DNA of 64,000 bases from Octopus bimaculoides (Eukaryota): assembly GCF_001194135.2 (NCBI RefSeq), contig NC_068985.1, positions 43,957,538 through 44,021,537 on the forward strand, written 5' to 3'. Under the pieces are notes generated by a model. The model was not told where the DNA came from. It saw nothing but the letters and a program-made list of their open reading frames with translations, and did not search any database. Both the position numbers and the translations under genes were made by a program. Shown piece by piece: positions 35,338 to 47,758 of this stretch; within the stretch, counting starts at the first letter, position 1; each line of letters begins with the position of its first letter.

Positions 35338-35755
35338 GATGATGATGGCCATCCACTTGTTATCGAGGAAGACCATTGCTGACCTTCAGGAACATTGTGT
35401 GCTCTAGGACTAACTTATATTTTGCATTTGTGGCTCCATTGGTCGCTAATGAACCCTGCTCTTGACAAACATACACAACTGCAAACATTGCAGACCAAGC
35501 TTTCCCCATTCACTACACCAGTAGTGTACTTTCGAGCAGCACGCTTAAGTTCTTCATGCAGAATACGTGCTCTCTCAAAATTGTCGACCCCCCTCCTTAA
35601 CCTACTTCTTCCCTCTGTGGCAATGACAGGCATTGCTCTCCCAGTCAGTCTCCTGCATATCACAGTTCTTAAATTGTAGCCTTGGTTTCAGCTAGGGTCT
35701 CTTTCCATTCCTAAGTTCCCCATATAGCATTTGCTTAAGGATCCTGCTAGCCTTC
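35338..35755 (-). mobile_element. RTE (BovB-like) LINE 3' end with one C2H2 finger and (CAT)n tail
   Basis: RILKQMLYGELRNGKRP..FERARILHEELKRAARK..CNVCSCVCLSRAGFISDQWSH. Confidence 0.85.
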
Positions 35756-36642
35756 ATTCTAATAAGGTGTTCAGTTAAAGGTAACCGGTACTTGTGCACC
35801 ATCCCTCAATACTCAAGATATCAGCTTTCCTCAGGACCTGTGTGTCTGATGAAAGCGTTCAAGGACCGTTACATGATGTTTGTAAAGGGTCCATGTCTCA
35901 CATGAATAAAGGAGCAATGTATAGTAACTATTTTCGATAGGTTTTTGAACTAATGCTTCACTATTTAGTTTTTTGGGACTTTGTGGGGTCCTTTTTGGTT
36001 ACAACAGTGTGGGCAGCACTAAAAGTACCATCAGCCTTGTGGTGGGGTTTAACTGGGTAACAGATTTAATCAATTATCTAAGAATAGAAATAGTCGCTTT
36101 GACTAAATTACACAGTTTCTGTTTACTAAAATTCAATCACAAGACTTTGGTTGACACAAAACTATGGTAAAATAAAAAGAAAAACACACATCCAAAGTGC
36201 CACACTGTGGGATTGAACCTGAAACCGTATTGTTGTAAAGTGGACCTCTTAACCACACAGCCATATCCACATTCAGTTTTCATACATGCTATTATTACTT
36301 ACTGTTAGATCACTTTGATATTTCAAATGTAAGAACCTCTACGTGGTCATTTGCTTTTTAAAAAATTGAAAAATACATGGGCTAATGCAATCCAAGTCAG
36401 AAGAAAATAAAAGAAAAAAACAAACAAACTCCCTCACAAAAACAGGCTGGAATGATCTTAATCATACATAAGCTTGATCAGGGCTGATTTGGGGCTACAA
36501 AGCAACAACAACAATAACAACAACATGTTGAATAACATAATCACTTAATAAGTGTATTAAAATATATTACTGTAAAAAAGAAAGTAACTGCTAATGCTAG
36601 AGACCAATGCTACTTTGCTCAGAATAATATTAAGCAGAATAA

Positions 36643-36712
36643 TATGTACTATGTAATTATAGTATGTACTATGTAATTATAGTATGTGCTATGTAGTATA
36701 GTATGTACTATG
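36643..36712. repeat. 20-bp tandem repeat
   Basis: TATGTACTATGTAATTATAG, about 3.5 copies. Confidence 0.85.
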
Positions 36713-36727
36713 TTGAACACAATGCAT

Positions 36728-37071
36728 TATTCTTTTATTTGTTTCAGTCATTTGGCTATGGCCATGTTGGAGTACCACCTTGAAGGGTTTTAGTTGAACA
36801 AATCAATAACCAGGACATTTTTTTTTAAAGCCCAATACTTATTCTATCGACTCTTTTGCTGAACCATTAAGTTGCAGGGACATAAACACACCAACACCGG
36901 TTGTCAAAGGGAACACACACACATACACACACATGATGGGTTTCTTTCAGTTTCTGTCTACCAAATCCACCCACAAGGCTTTGGTCGGCATGAGACTATA
37001 GTAGAAGGCACTTGCCCAAAGTGCTGTACAGTAGGACTGAACCTGGTAAGCAAGCTTCTTACAACACAGCC
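36728..37071 (-). mobile_element. SINE family A
   Basis: Near full length as reverse complement. Confidence 0.9.
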
Positions 37072-37204
37072 AAGAGTATGTAAAATAGTATGTAGAATGA
37101 AGAGATGCGTGTGCAATGTAGAACACAATGTATTGTTTAGAATAGTATGCATGAATAGGTACTTCTATATAATATGTAGAACAGTATGAATAGAATGTAC
37201 TATG

Positions 37205-37338
37205 GTGCTTGCTTCTCAACCACATAGTTCCAGGTTCAGTCCCACTGCGTGGCACTTTGGGTAAGTGTCTTTTACTATAGCCTTGGGCCAACCAAAGCTT
37301 TGTGAGTGGATTTGGTAGATGGACACTGAAGAATCCTG

Positions 37339-37378
<40 letters not shown>

Positions 37379-37606
37379 ATGTGCATGCATGTGTCTTTGT
37401 GTCTGTGTTTGTCCCACCACCACTGCTTGATGTTAGTGTGTTGGTGTGTGCATGTCTCTGTGACTTAGTGGTTCGGCAAGACAGACTGATAGAATAAGTA
37501 CCAGGCTTAACAAAAAATAAGTATTAGTATCAATTAATTCTACTAAACATTCTTAAAGGTGGTGCCCCGGCATGGCCACAGTCTAATAACTGAAACAAGC
37601 AAAAGA
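37205..37606 (+). mobile_element. SINE family A
   Basis: Near full length with internal (TG)n. Confidence 0.9.
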
Positions 37607-38369
37607 TGTAGAGTAGTATGCCGTATGCTATACAGTATATACTTTGTAGAATATTATGTACAGTGTAGAATAGTATGTGGAGTATACAATGGTATGTAGG
37701 GTATAGAATAATATATAGCATGTAGTACTACATAGAATAATAAATAGATACTATATAGAATTGTATATATTATGTAATATGTAGAATAAGACATAGCATG
37801 TAGAATAGTAGTGTGTAGTATTTCAAAGAGTGAGACTTTATAGAATGGTGCTATTGTTATTCTACATTGAATTGAAAGCAATGCTAAATATTTCTTCTTC
37901 TTCTTCTTCTTCTTCTTCTTCTCCTCCTCCTATTTTAACTGAGAAAATAGTCAATGAAGAAACAAACTGAGCTGAGAAATCATTTTAGTCTGATATTATT
38001 TATTCTACTTTACTTACTCTCTTCGCCGTAAGGGTTTGATGGAAAGATCTATGTCATGGTCATTATTGATTATTTGATATTTTTTTTTAGCATCATTTAG
38101 CTAGTTCAGACGAGAGGATCTGCCAAGCTTAGTGCTATCCAAATATTTTGCCATGGAAATCTCCAAGGATATACAAAATTCTGTTTGAAAGTTCGACATG
38201 AAAGGTAGGAGAAAGGATAAATGTCATGTTTACATCTACAAATAAATGTGCTCTAATGAAGGATTGTCTCTAGTTAGTGACTGACATGTTGAGTTTTAGG
38301 ATCTTCTTTGATGTTATGATAAATGCAATGAATGCTTCCTTACATTTCTTCATCAGTAATTTATATATT

Positions 38370-38409
<40 letters not shown>

Positions 38410-38439
38410 ATTTAATGTAATGTGTGAAGATGTGTGTTC

Positions 38440-38720
38440 TAGTGGTTAGAGTGAGTTACCTATGATCACAAGATCGTAGTTTCAATTCCTGGACTGGTGT
38501 TGTGTTGTGTTTTTGAGAAAAACACTTCATTCTACATTACTCCAGTCAACTCAGCTGTAAATGGATAACCCTGTAATGGACTGGTGTTCCATTCAGGGGA
38601 ATGGTGGCCTGCTCACCTAACCACTAAGCTAGCATCATTCAAAAGCTACTACAATACAAGGAATCACATTGTAACCAGCAGTGTGTAACAACATCTGATA
38701 GTCTAGTTGATACAGTGGAA
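38440..38720 (+). mobile_element. SINE family C-like (old copy)
   Basis: TAGTGGTTAGAG head; body is the reverse complement of 466-725. Confidence 0.7.
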
Positions 38721-38775
38721 TGTGTATTTATATATATATATATATATCATCATCATCGTTTAACGTCCGCTTTGA

Positions 38776-38813
<38 letters not shown>

Positions 38814-39761
38814 CAAAAGGATGTGTTATAATACTATTCCACATATACAAAAACAGCCATACCAACAATCCAACATACCTCCATCATCAGCTGCCCCACA
38901 GATATCATTATGGTTTTGACACTTGGGCAGTACCATTCAATCTGGCGGTGTCAACAGCACTAAAATAAGTGTTGTTTGGGAACAAACACACCAAAGAAAC
39001 CACAACTTTCAAACACATTTACCCTACATACAACAGTATTAGTAAATAAATTCAATAAATAAATCTATAACCAACTCCTGAATATGTAACTAAACAGTGA
39101 CTAATCCTTTAAGTCATACAAAAAATATTCCCTAGTATAATATAAAAGTTAAAGCTTGATAACCACATTCATTCAGTCTAAATATAGCAGGATTAAACAC
39201 TAACTTTAAAATTAAACTACAATAAAGAAACGCATAAACCTATGTACATCTGTATCAGTATTAATAGTAAACCTGCAGTAACTAAATTATATACTAAATA
39301 GCGACCAATCTTTAAGTTCATACAAATAATAATCCCACCAGTCTTCCATAGTTACTACTATAATAAAAAAGTGAGAGCTTTATATAATTCTCTCCAAAAC
39401 AAAACAAACATGATTGAATTTAATTTAATGAATAATATAATAATTATGAGTGAAATACATTATTTCATAATTCAAAAGTTACATACTCATTAATATACAC
39501 TAGATACTTATTAATATATATATTACCCTTACAAGCTTTAATGTTAAATTACCAGTAAGTAATAGAAACATTAAATTTATTAAATAGGAACTAATAAAAG
39601 TATACTTGTAATTAATTATTATTATAAAACCTTGCTATGATTAAAGCTAAATCAAAACTGTTTAAAAGACAATAAAACTACCAAGTCTACATGTTTTTCA
39701 GACACGCGATTCCATCACCTAGAACTTAAAAGACTATCTTAACTATTGATGACGTAGTGCA

Positions 39762-40066
39762 TCATCATCATCACCATTTAGCATCCGTTCTCCATGCTGG
39801 CATGGGTTGGACAGTTTGACTGGGCTGGCATGCTGCAAGGCTGCACCAAACTCCATTCTGATTTGGCATAGTTTTCTACAGCTGGATGCCCTTCTTAATG
39901 TCAACCCCTCTGAGAATGTAATGGGTGCTATTAGGTGCCACCGGCACGAGTGCCGTTTGCGTGACACTGGGGTGCATTTATGTGCCACCGGCATGAATGC
40001 CAATTTGCATGACACTGGTATCTGCCATGACTGCGATTTTGCTTGGCTTGATGGGTCTTCTCAAGC
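39762..40066 (-). mobile_element. RTE 3' UTR variant with (GAT)n tail
   Basis: CATCATCATC..CCATGCTGGCATGGGTTGGACAG..CTACAGCTGGATGCCCTTC. Confidence 0.85.
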
Positions 40067-40233
40067 AAACACATATACATACATACATACATATATATAT
40101 GTATATATATGTATATATAGGTATATATATATACATATACCTATAGGGATAAGAATTTCATATGATATTGATTTGAATATATTTGAATAAACTGATGTCT
40201 ATACATCAATTTTTCCATTTTCTTATTCACATA

Positions 40234-40272
<39 letters not shown>

Positions 40273-41067
40273 NNNNNNNNNNNNNNNNNNNNNNNNNNNN
40301 NNNNNNNNNNNNNNNNNNNNNNNNNNNNNNNNNNNNNNNNNNNNNNNNNNNNNNNNNNNNNNNNNNNNNNNNNNNNNNNNNNNNNNNNNNNNNNNNNNNN
40401 NNNNNNNNNNNNNNNNNNNNNNNNNNNNNNNNNNNNNNNNNNNNNNNNNNNNNNNNNNNNNNNNNNNNNNNNNNNNNNNNNNNNNNNNNNNNNNNNNNNN
40501 NNNNNNNNNNNNNNNNNNNNNNNNNNNNNNNNNNNNNNNNNNNNNNNNNNNNNNNNNNNNNNNNNNNNNNNNNNNNNNNNNNNNNNNNNNNNNNNNNNNN
40601 NNNNNNNNNNNNNNNNNNNNNNNNNNNNNNNNNNNNNNNNNNNNNNNNNNNNNNNNNNNNNNNNNNNNNNNNNNNNNNNNNNNNNNNNNNNNNNNNNNNN
40701 NNNNNNNNNNNNNNNNNNNNNNNNNNNNNNNNNNNNNNNNNNNNNNNNNNNNNNNNNNNNNNNNNNNNNNNNNNNNNNNNNNNNNNNNNNNNNNNNNNNN
40801 NNNNNNNNNNNNNNNNNNNNNNNNNNNNNNNNNNNNNNNNNNNNNNNNNNNNNNNNNNNNNNNNNNNNNNNNNNNNNNNNNNNNNNNNNNNNNNNNNNNN
40901 NNNNNNNNNNNNNNNNNNNNNNNNNNNNNNNNNNNNNNNNNNNNNNNNNNNNNNNNNNNNNNNNNNNNNNNNNNNNNNNNNNNNNNNNNNNNNNNNNNNN
41001 NNNNNNNNNNNNNNNNNNNNNNNNNNTATACATACATACATACATACATACATACATACATACATAA

Positions 41068-41229
41068 GCACAGGAGTAGCTGTGTGGTAAGAAGCTTGCT
41101 TCCCAACCACATGGTTCTGGGTTCAGTCCCACTGAATGGCACTTTGGGCAAGTGTCTTCTACTGTAGCCTTGTGCCGACCAAAGCCTTGTGTGTGTGGTT
41201 TTGGTAGATGGAAATTGAAAGTAGCCCGT

Positions 41230-41272
<43 letters not shown>

Positions 41273-41360
41273 TTGTGTGTCTGTGTTTGTCCCCACCACC
41301 ATAGCTTGACAACTGATGTTGGTGTGTTTATGTCCTCGTAACTTAGCGGTTCGGCAAAAC
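41068..41360 (+). mobile_element. SINE family A (3' truncated)
   Basis: Head and middle match the family. Confidence 0.88.
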
Positions 41361-41590
41361 AAAAAATACAGAAAATATTTAAATATGATACTGGGCTGAG
41401 TGATAGCTGTTATAATGATTAATTTTATCATGATTAGATAAATATATGAGGGACTGGGTGAGTGCATAAAATTTTCTTGCTTTACAAGTATTAAATATGG
41501 TAAATTAAAGATGAATGGTTGAAGAACAATTGTAAACAAAGTTTTATGGAAAAATATTCTAGAGGAAATAAGAAAATGCCTAATGCTGGG

Positions 41591-41637
<47 letters not shown>

Positions 41638-41639
<2 letters not shown>

Positions 41640-42303
41640 TGGCTGTCTACTCCTCATGTAGAGCCTGACCAGCTCTTTTTCTTACACCTTAAATCCATCA
41701 TAGCATCTGAGGTGGCTTCTTAAACCAGACATTGTATTAAAAAGACACCCACATAGATTGCATATCTGATTTGGACCACCAAGAGCTGCACTTAAGTTCT
41801 GATCTTTGGATCTTAAAATGTCTTTTGAAGCCTCTGCTAGATTTGCTGACCTTATCGCATTGAAAGGTGTGAACATATATATAGGCAGAGCAGTTGATGG
41901 AGGTTCTTTTTTCGTGGGTCTGCAAATGAGATTTGAGCCCAGCAAAAGAAAAGGCATGGTCTGTCACAAACCGTGCACACAAAAACGTCACTGAAATTCA
42001 CCTTCTCGATCACAACATTCTTCTTTACATCTCTCTTGAGTCTTGCATGTGTCATCCTGGCCTCCTCAAAAGCTTTCACTCCACTCTACACTTTTGTTTG
42101 CCATCCAGCTTGATCTGAAGCAAGGTTTTCTATTGCTTTTGGATCCATTCCAAGTGACTTCATGGTAGTCCTTATGCTGTCCTTAAACCTCTTTTAGGTT
42201 TACACCAAATGTGTTTCCCCTCTGCAAGGGCACCATAAAACAGGTGTTTGAGTGTGCATTCATCTGCCATTCGAACAATATGGTCAGACCATCTCATTTG
42301 ATT

Positions 42304-42306
<3 letters not shown>
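41638..42306 (-). mobile_element. RTE (BovB-like) LINE 3' end with three tandem C2H2 fingers
   Basis: QMRWSDHIVRM..LFYGAL..KRFKDSIR..W..GVKAFEEAR, then three (C-x2-)C-x12-H repeats; stop at 41682; (TA)n on both sides. Confidence 0.88.
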
Positions 42307-42383
<77 letters not shown>

Positions 42384-42869
42384 ATATAATTTATAATTGA
42401 TGTTATTTACATAGAAACATTTCTACACAATGGCCTATTGGGGTGGGGTAAGTTTTCATGTATCACATGGAATTTTGTTTTGATATTTGGAAAAGTGTCA
42501 CATGATATCTATCACAAATTGGGCTGGCTCTTTGGGAAATGTCACGTATAATACAGACATATCTAAACATAAGTTGGTAATTAGTTCCAAGACATGTGAT
42601 TTAACTTGAAAAATTATGTAATATGAAAACACATTAAAAAAAATTATTAGCTTATATCTGTTTTAATAAATGGTTTGCATATATTTTCAGATGCATTTTA
42701 TTTGATTTTACCATTTCAGTATCGTTTTTTGGGTGTTTTTAAAAAAAAATTTTATGCTTTTAAATAAACTTGTTGAAGGTGATGTAAAGTCAAATAAATC
42801 AATTGAAGGTGAAATTTATTTTCTCCATTTTTTTCTTTAGAAAAATGACATAAAGTTAAAAATGATGTA

Positions 42870-43257
42870 CAGTATATACTCATGGATAGGTTGCACTTTT
42901 TTTTTACCAAAACTTTTGATAAAAATCAAGGGTGCGACCTATCCACTCAACATCAAAAGGATCTGAAGTAGACTTTGGCATATCAGTAATTGAGTTGATT
43001 TATCAATTAGATTGCTGTCATAAAGCCACTTTTGCAAAAAATGTTTCAATATTTGTAAGCAAAGTTTTGAAATAAAGGTGAATATTTGATAATATATAAC
43101 AAATATTAGTTATATTTACGTTATAAAGGGGCCATTGTAACTCCCCAGATTGTGTGATCTATCTGCTAGTCAACTGGAAATACCTACTTTGACAACCCCA
43201 GACTAAAGGGGGGGGGTGATCTATCCACTGGTGTGACCTGTCCATGAGTATATACAT
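42870..43257. mobile_element. Tc2/pogo-like MITE
   Basis: TA|CAGTATATACTCATGGATAGGTTGCAC ... GTGTGACCTGTCCATGAGTATATACAT|TA. Confidence 0.8.
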
Positions 43258-43489
43258 TAACTCAAAACAACGTAAGTTGAAGTATGCCTGTATCTGTTAG
43301 AATTTTGGTTGGATCCTCAGAGAAAGGAATTTCAGACAGTGTAATCAATGTAAATTATAGGTGTACAAGAGTGGTGTTGTAAAATCCTTGGCAGGTTGGC
43401 AGAGAAGGAGGACATTTGTATGTTGCAAAATGAAAAGGAGCTGCTAGCAGTAATAATAGTAATGAGATAAATTCTTTCAGATTCAAACG

Positions 43490-43815
43490 TTGGGTGATAT
43501 GCCATGCTTGAGAAGACCCATCTTGAGTGAAGCTAAGTGAAGATGTAATCATGGCCAATGCCAGTGTTGCAGAACTGGCACATAAAAGGCATCCTTCGAA
43601 CTTTGGGCCTCACAGAGGCAGTGATAAATGACCAAGATCTTTGGCAATATATCATAGCTACGGTTAATGCTGGTGTTTCATAACTGGCATCTGTGTTGGT
43701 GGCATGTAAAAAGCACCTGCTACAATTTTGGAGTGGTTGGCATTAGGAAGGGCATCCAGCTGTAGAAACCATGCTAGCAGAGAAAACAGACATTAAATGA
43801 TGATGATGATGATAA
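43490..43815 (+). mobile_element. RTE 3' UTR variant with (GAT)n tail
   Basis: Reverse-complement similarity to 39762-40066. Confidence 0.8.
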
Positions 43816-43942
43816 CTTCTAATGTTCCTTAGAAGTAGTTGATAGCTTCTCTTACCTATGTGACCTAATTAGCAGTGGGGTAGTTTGTTAGAAAATACAG
43901 CAGCCAGAGTAAAAGTGGGATGGAGTTATTAACTCTGCTGGC

Positions 43943-44041
<99 letters not shown>

Positions 44042-44239
44042 CATATATATATATATATAAGTGTATTTCTACATTTACATGCCAATTGTATGATTAGACA
44101 AAGTCTAATATCGTATTGATTATGGATTGTGTGGAAAGGCAGGAGAGAAATTTGGTGAATATACTTTACTAGTAATGTTAGTCTGGATGGATAAATGGGG
44201 TAAGAGAAAAATGGAGTTTAAGGGGAATTAGATATGGCA

Positions 44240-44540
44240 AAACAGAAATGGATGAGATGGCATGGACATGTAATGCATATGGAAGATGACAGTTGGGTAA
44301 AGAAGTGCCAAGATAGCCAAGTGGAAGGAACCTTTAGAAGAATAGATACCAACAAAAATATGAAAAGTAGTGAAAGCTGTTCTAAGAATGCTGAACCTTA
44401 CAAAAGAGATGACAAAAGGCTGCAAGAAATTGGCAAGATATTGTGCTGGAAGAGTATCAGCCAGCTTGTGCCAGAATGGAAAAATGGACATAAAAATGGT
44501 GATGATAAAATGATGATCAAGTTGATGATAACAATGATGA
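44240..44540 (+). mobile_element. RTE RT C-terminal remnant
   Basis: RWHGHVMHMEDDSWVKKC..VEGT; degenerate CCAGAATGG..GATGAT tail. Confidence 0.75.
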
Positions 44541-44608
44541 TGGTGGTGGAGATGATCATCATGATGACAACAATAGTGATAACAATATATACACACAATC
44601 AGGTTTAA

Positions 44609-44831
44609 CCCTTTGGCATTTAAACTGGCCTTTTCCGGCCAAAATATCCTACCTGTTTTATGTTCAAACTGGTGAAATCCAGCCTTTCACACCTACCCTA
44701 CAATGTCATTCTAAAAAATAAACAAATCCATCATTGAAATGTCACAGCTATGATATAATGAATGATTAAAATTCAAAATAATGTGAATAAATAAGCATTA
44801 CATTTGGAAGAATAATCTGAATGCTAAAGGG
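44609..44831. mobile_element. piggyBac-like MITE
   Basis: TTAA|CCCTTTGGCATT ... AATGCTAAAGGG|TTAT. Confidence 0.8.
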
Positions 44832-46249
44832 TTATGCAAAGGAGCTGTAATCATTATTCTAGTAAAGGCCAATTAACCAATACTGTCAGCAATTAATTAT
44901 TATGTAATTAGCTTCATTCACATTTCTTCTTACTCCACTCTCACTCAACCATTCTATCATTGATTACCATTCCATCTGGAAGACAGTAGAATCTATAATT
45001 CACTTACCATCCCTATATTCCATAGGTTCAACTTCTGTCTGTTGTGGAAGCATTTGGTTTTATATGTGTGCCAATAAAGCAGAGATGAGAGAAATTGGTG
45101 GAGGACTGGCACAAAGTTGGTAACATAAGATTGATTAGTGTTGTTGTTGTTGGTGGTGGTGGTCATGTGGTGATAATATTAGTTATGCTTATGATGATAG
45201 TGGTAGTGGTGATTGTGGTAGTCAGTGGTGGTGGTTGACTTAGAGGTAGTGATGGGCGTGGTGGTGGTGGTGGTTATTTGTTGTGGTTATGGTGATAGTG
45301 ATGGTTGTGATGATGAATTTGTTTTTAAACGAGTGTGGCTGCCTAATTATTTTGCATGTGAAACAGTGCAGAGTTACAACCACTTAACCCACCACCACCA
45401 CCACCACCACCACCACCACCACTAAATAGCAGCCGACTCTCCTTCGAACCACTGTCTACTTTCTTAAAAACAGAAATACTTGTCAGATAGTGTATTCCTT
45501 GATGTATTGTAACTGAACTAATGATTTGATGGCCATAGGTGGAATGGCCTTGATTATAAAATCCGTTCCAAGTTGTTTGACCAAACTACTTCTCTGCCAA
45601 ATGTCTGCTCAATTAAGCTTGTCAGGGATGGTGGTGGTGGGTGTCACACAACAATAGTAACATTGTATGATGATGATGATGCCAATAACACTGCCTTTTA
45701 CACAAACACACATTCACACAATCTCATGTACACACAAATACACAGAAGCAAACACATTGATACACACTCACACACACCTTCACACATACTCTCTCTTCCA
45801 CTCTCTCTCCCTCCCATTCTCTTTCTCTTCTTCTCTCTCTCCCTCCCTCCCTCTCTCCCACTCTCTCTTTTACGCTTTCACTAAACACATATGTCCTTCC
45901 CAAATCAAACCACTTCCTTTCCATAACAAGAAAATGTCTCAATTTGACAAACTCACCTTGTTTCTTCTTAATTAAAAGTTGGATGGCTTTCTTTAAATTT
46001 ACACTTGCAACTGATAATGTTGCATCTTGTATGGAACGTATCCAATTTTCTTTAACCAAGAAAATATATCATTATGGAATTCTTGGACATAATCAGTCAC
46101 TCCAAAACAATTTTTGTTTACCGTTTGAGGGAAACTTCCACTATTTAGAATTCTTGTTGTGGTCACCTTGATCATCAGCCACCATCTAATACTTCAATCG
46201 GTGGACATGACCTGTGTGTACATGGTTCTATTGCTTTTAGACCATGAAT

Positions 46250-46700
46250 GCCCACCACCACTACTATTTAATATGCAAGGTGTCATGTAAAAACCACTGG
46301 TGATGGTGGCACCCAGTACCCAGTACACTCTGTGGAGTGGTTGGCATTAGGAAAGTCCTCCAGCCATAGAAACAAAACCAAAACAAACTATGGAACCTGG
46401 TGTGGTCCCTGGCCTTGCCAGTTCCTATCAAGGCATCGTACCTACACCAGCATGAAAGACAGATGCTAAATGTTAATGATGATGATGATAGTGTTCCCTG
46501 TTGGCATGGGATGATTTACAGAGATGTAACCCATGCTAGCATGGAAAGCGGACGTTAAACGATGATGATGATGATGATGATGATGATGGGTCCAAGGACT
46601 GCATCATACTCCAGTGTCCGCTTTGGCATGATTTCTAAGGGTGGATACCCTTCCTAATGCCAACCACTTTTACAGCTTTTCTCATATCATCAGTGTTAGT
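46250..46700. mobile_element. Cluster of RTE 3' UTR/(GAT)n fragments in both orientations
   Basis: CCATGCTAGCATGGAAAGCGGACGTTAAACGATGATG at about 46530-46587; a minus-strand fragment follows. Confidence 0.75.
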
Positions 46701-46901
46701 GAGGTCATGATGCAGCTTGCAAGACTACAAAGTCTGAGTGGTATTGGTGGCTTTGTGCTAAGAGATGAAATTTGTTTTCTAAGAAACCCTTAAAAGTTTT
46801 TGGACAAGTTTACCCCAGCTAATATTTGCAGTGGAATAACAAATCTGAATAAATTTTATTTATGTCTACTTTATAACGCTATATATATATATATATATAT
46901 A

Positions 46902-47116
46902 CAGTAATCCCTTACCATATTACGGTTCATTTATTGTGGTTTATTATTAAAGCTAATGTTGATTCCCACAAGATGTTGTTTTGCATTTATGATAAAATAA
47001 ATATTTGCAAATTATTAAAAAAAAAAATACAGTACAGTACTGTTTTTACGTCATGGATTTTCACCTATCACAGAGTGTTTTGGAATGTAACACCAGCAAT
47101 AGTAGAGAGATTACTG
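46902..47116. mobile_element. Tigger/pogo-like MITE
   Basis: TA|CAGTAATCCCT ... AGAGATTACTG|TA. Confidence 0.75.
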
Positions 47117-47711
47117 TACATAAATCCTCACCTGAGATTTTTGTGTAACAACGGAAAGCAATGGAAATAGAAGACGCTATGATAAACCACATTCTATCAT
47201 TTTTCAAAACTATGTAACTACTAATGAATATATATCTGAATCAGAAATTTACATGATTTGAAGTATGGTATGCATATATTTGATAAGTGCTGTATTATCA
47301 ATATTTTATATATCAGTAAACAACAAGTTGGCAGGATTGTTAGCAAAACTGTTTCATATCTTCTATGCAAGATTAAATCAAAAACTTATTATGATTTCAT
47401 AACATTGAGTCATAATTAGTGAAGCAAAACCAGTCGACTCTGTACATATTGTAATGGATTAAATAATCTTTATCTACACAAACAAGATTTCTGTGCTTTG
47501 TCACTTTAAATTTTATTTTTTATATACATATGTTATTCAAAACAGTTTGATTCAGATTCTATGCTATTTCAATTTCTGAAGCCCTTAATGGAACCTACTT
47601 CTTCAGGTTGGTGAGAATCCAAATGAATGGAGAGGTACAGGAAGTCCAAGATGGTTACTGAAAGGTGGGCTGCAATTGGTCAAGGAAGGTCACATGATGT
47701 CACAATGGGTA

Positions 47712-47758
<47 letters not shown>

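Noticed and set aside
38810-38870. VWLFLY on the minus strand resembling the COX3 C-terminus
   Set aside because: Flanking residues do not align and the match is too short.
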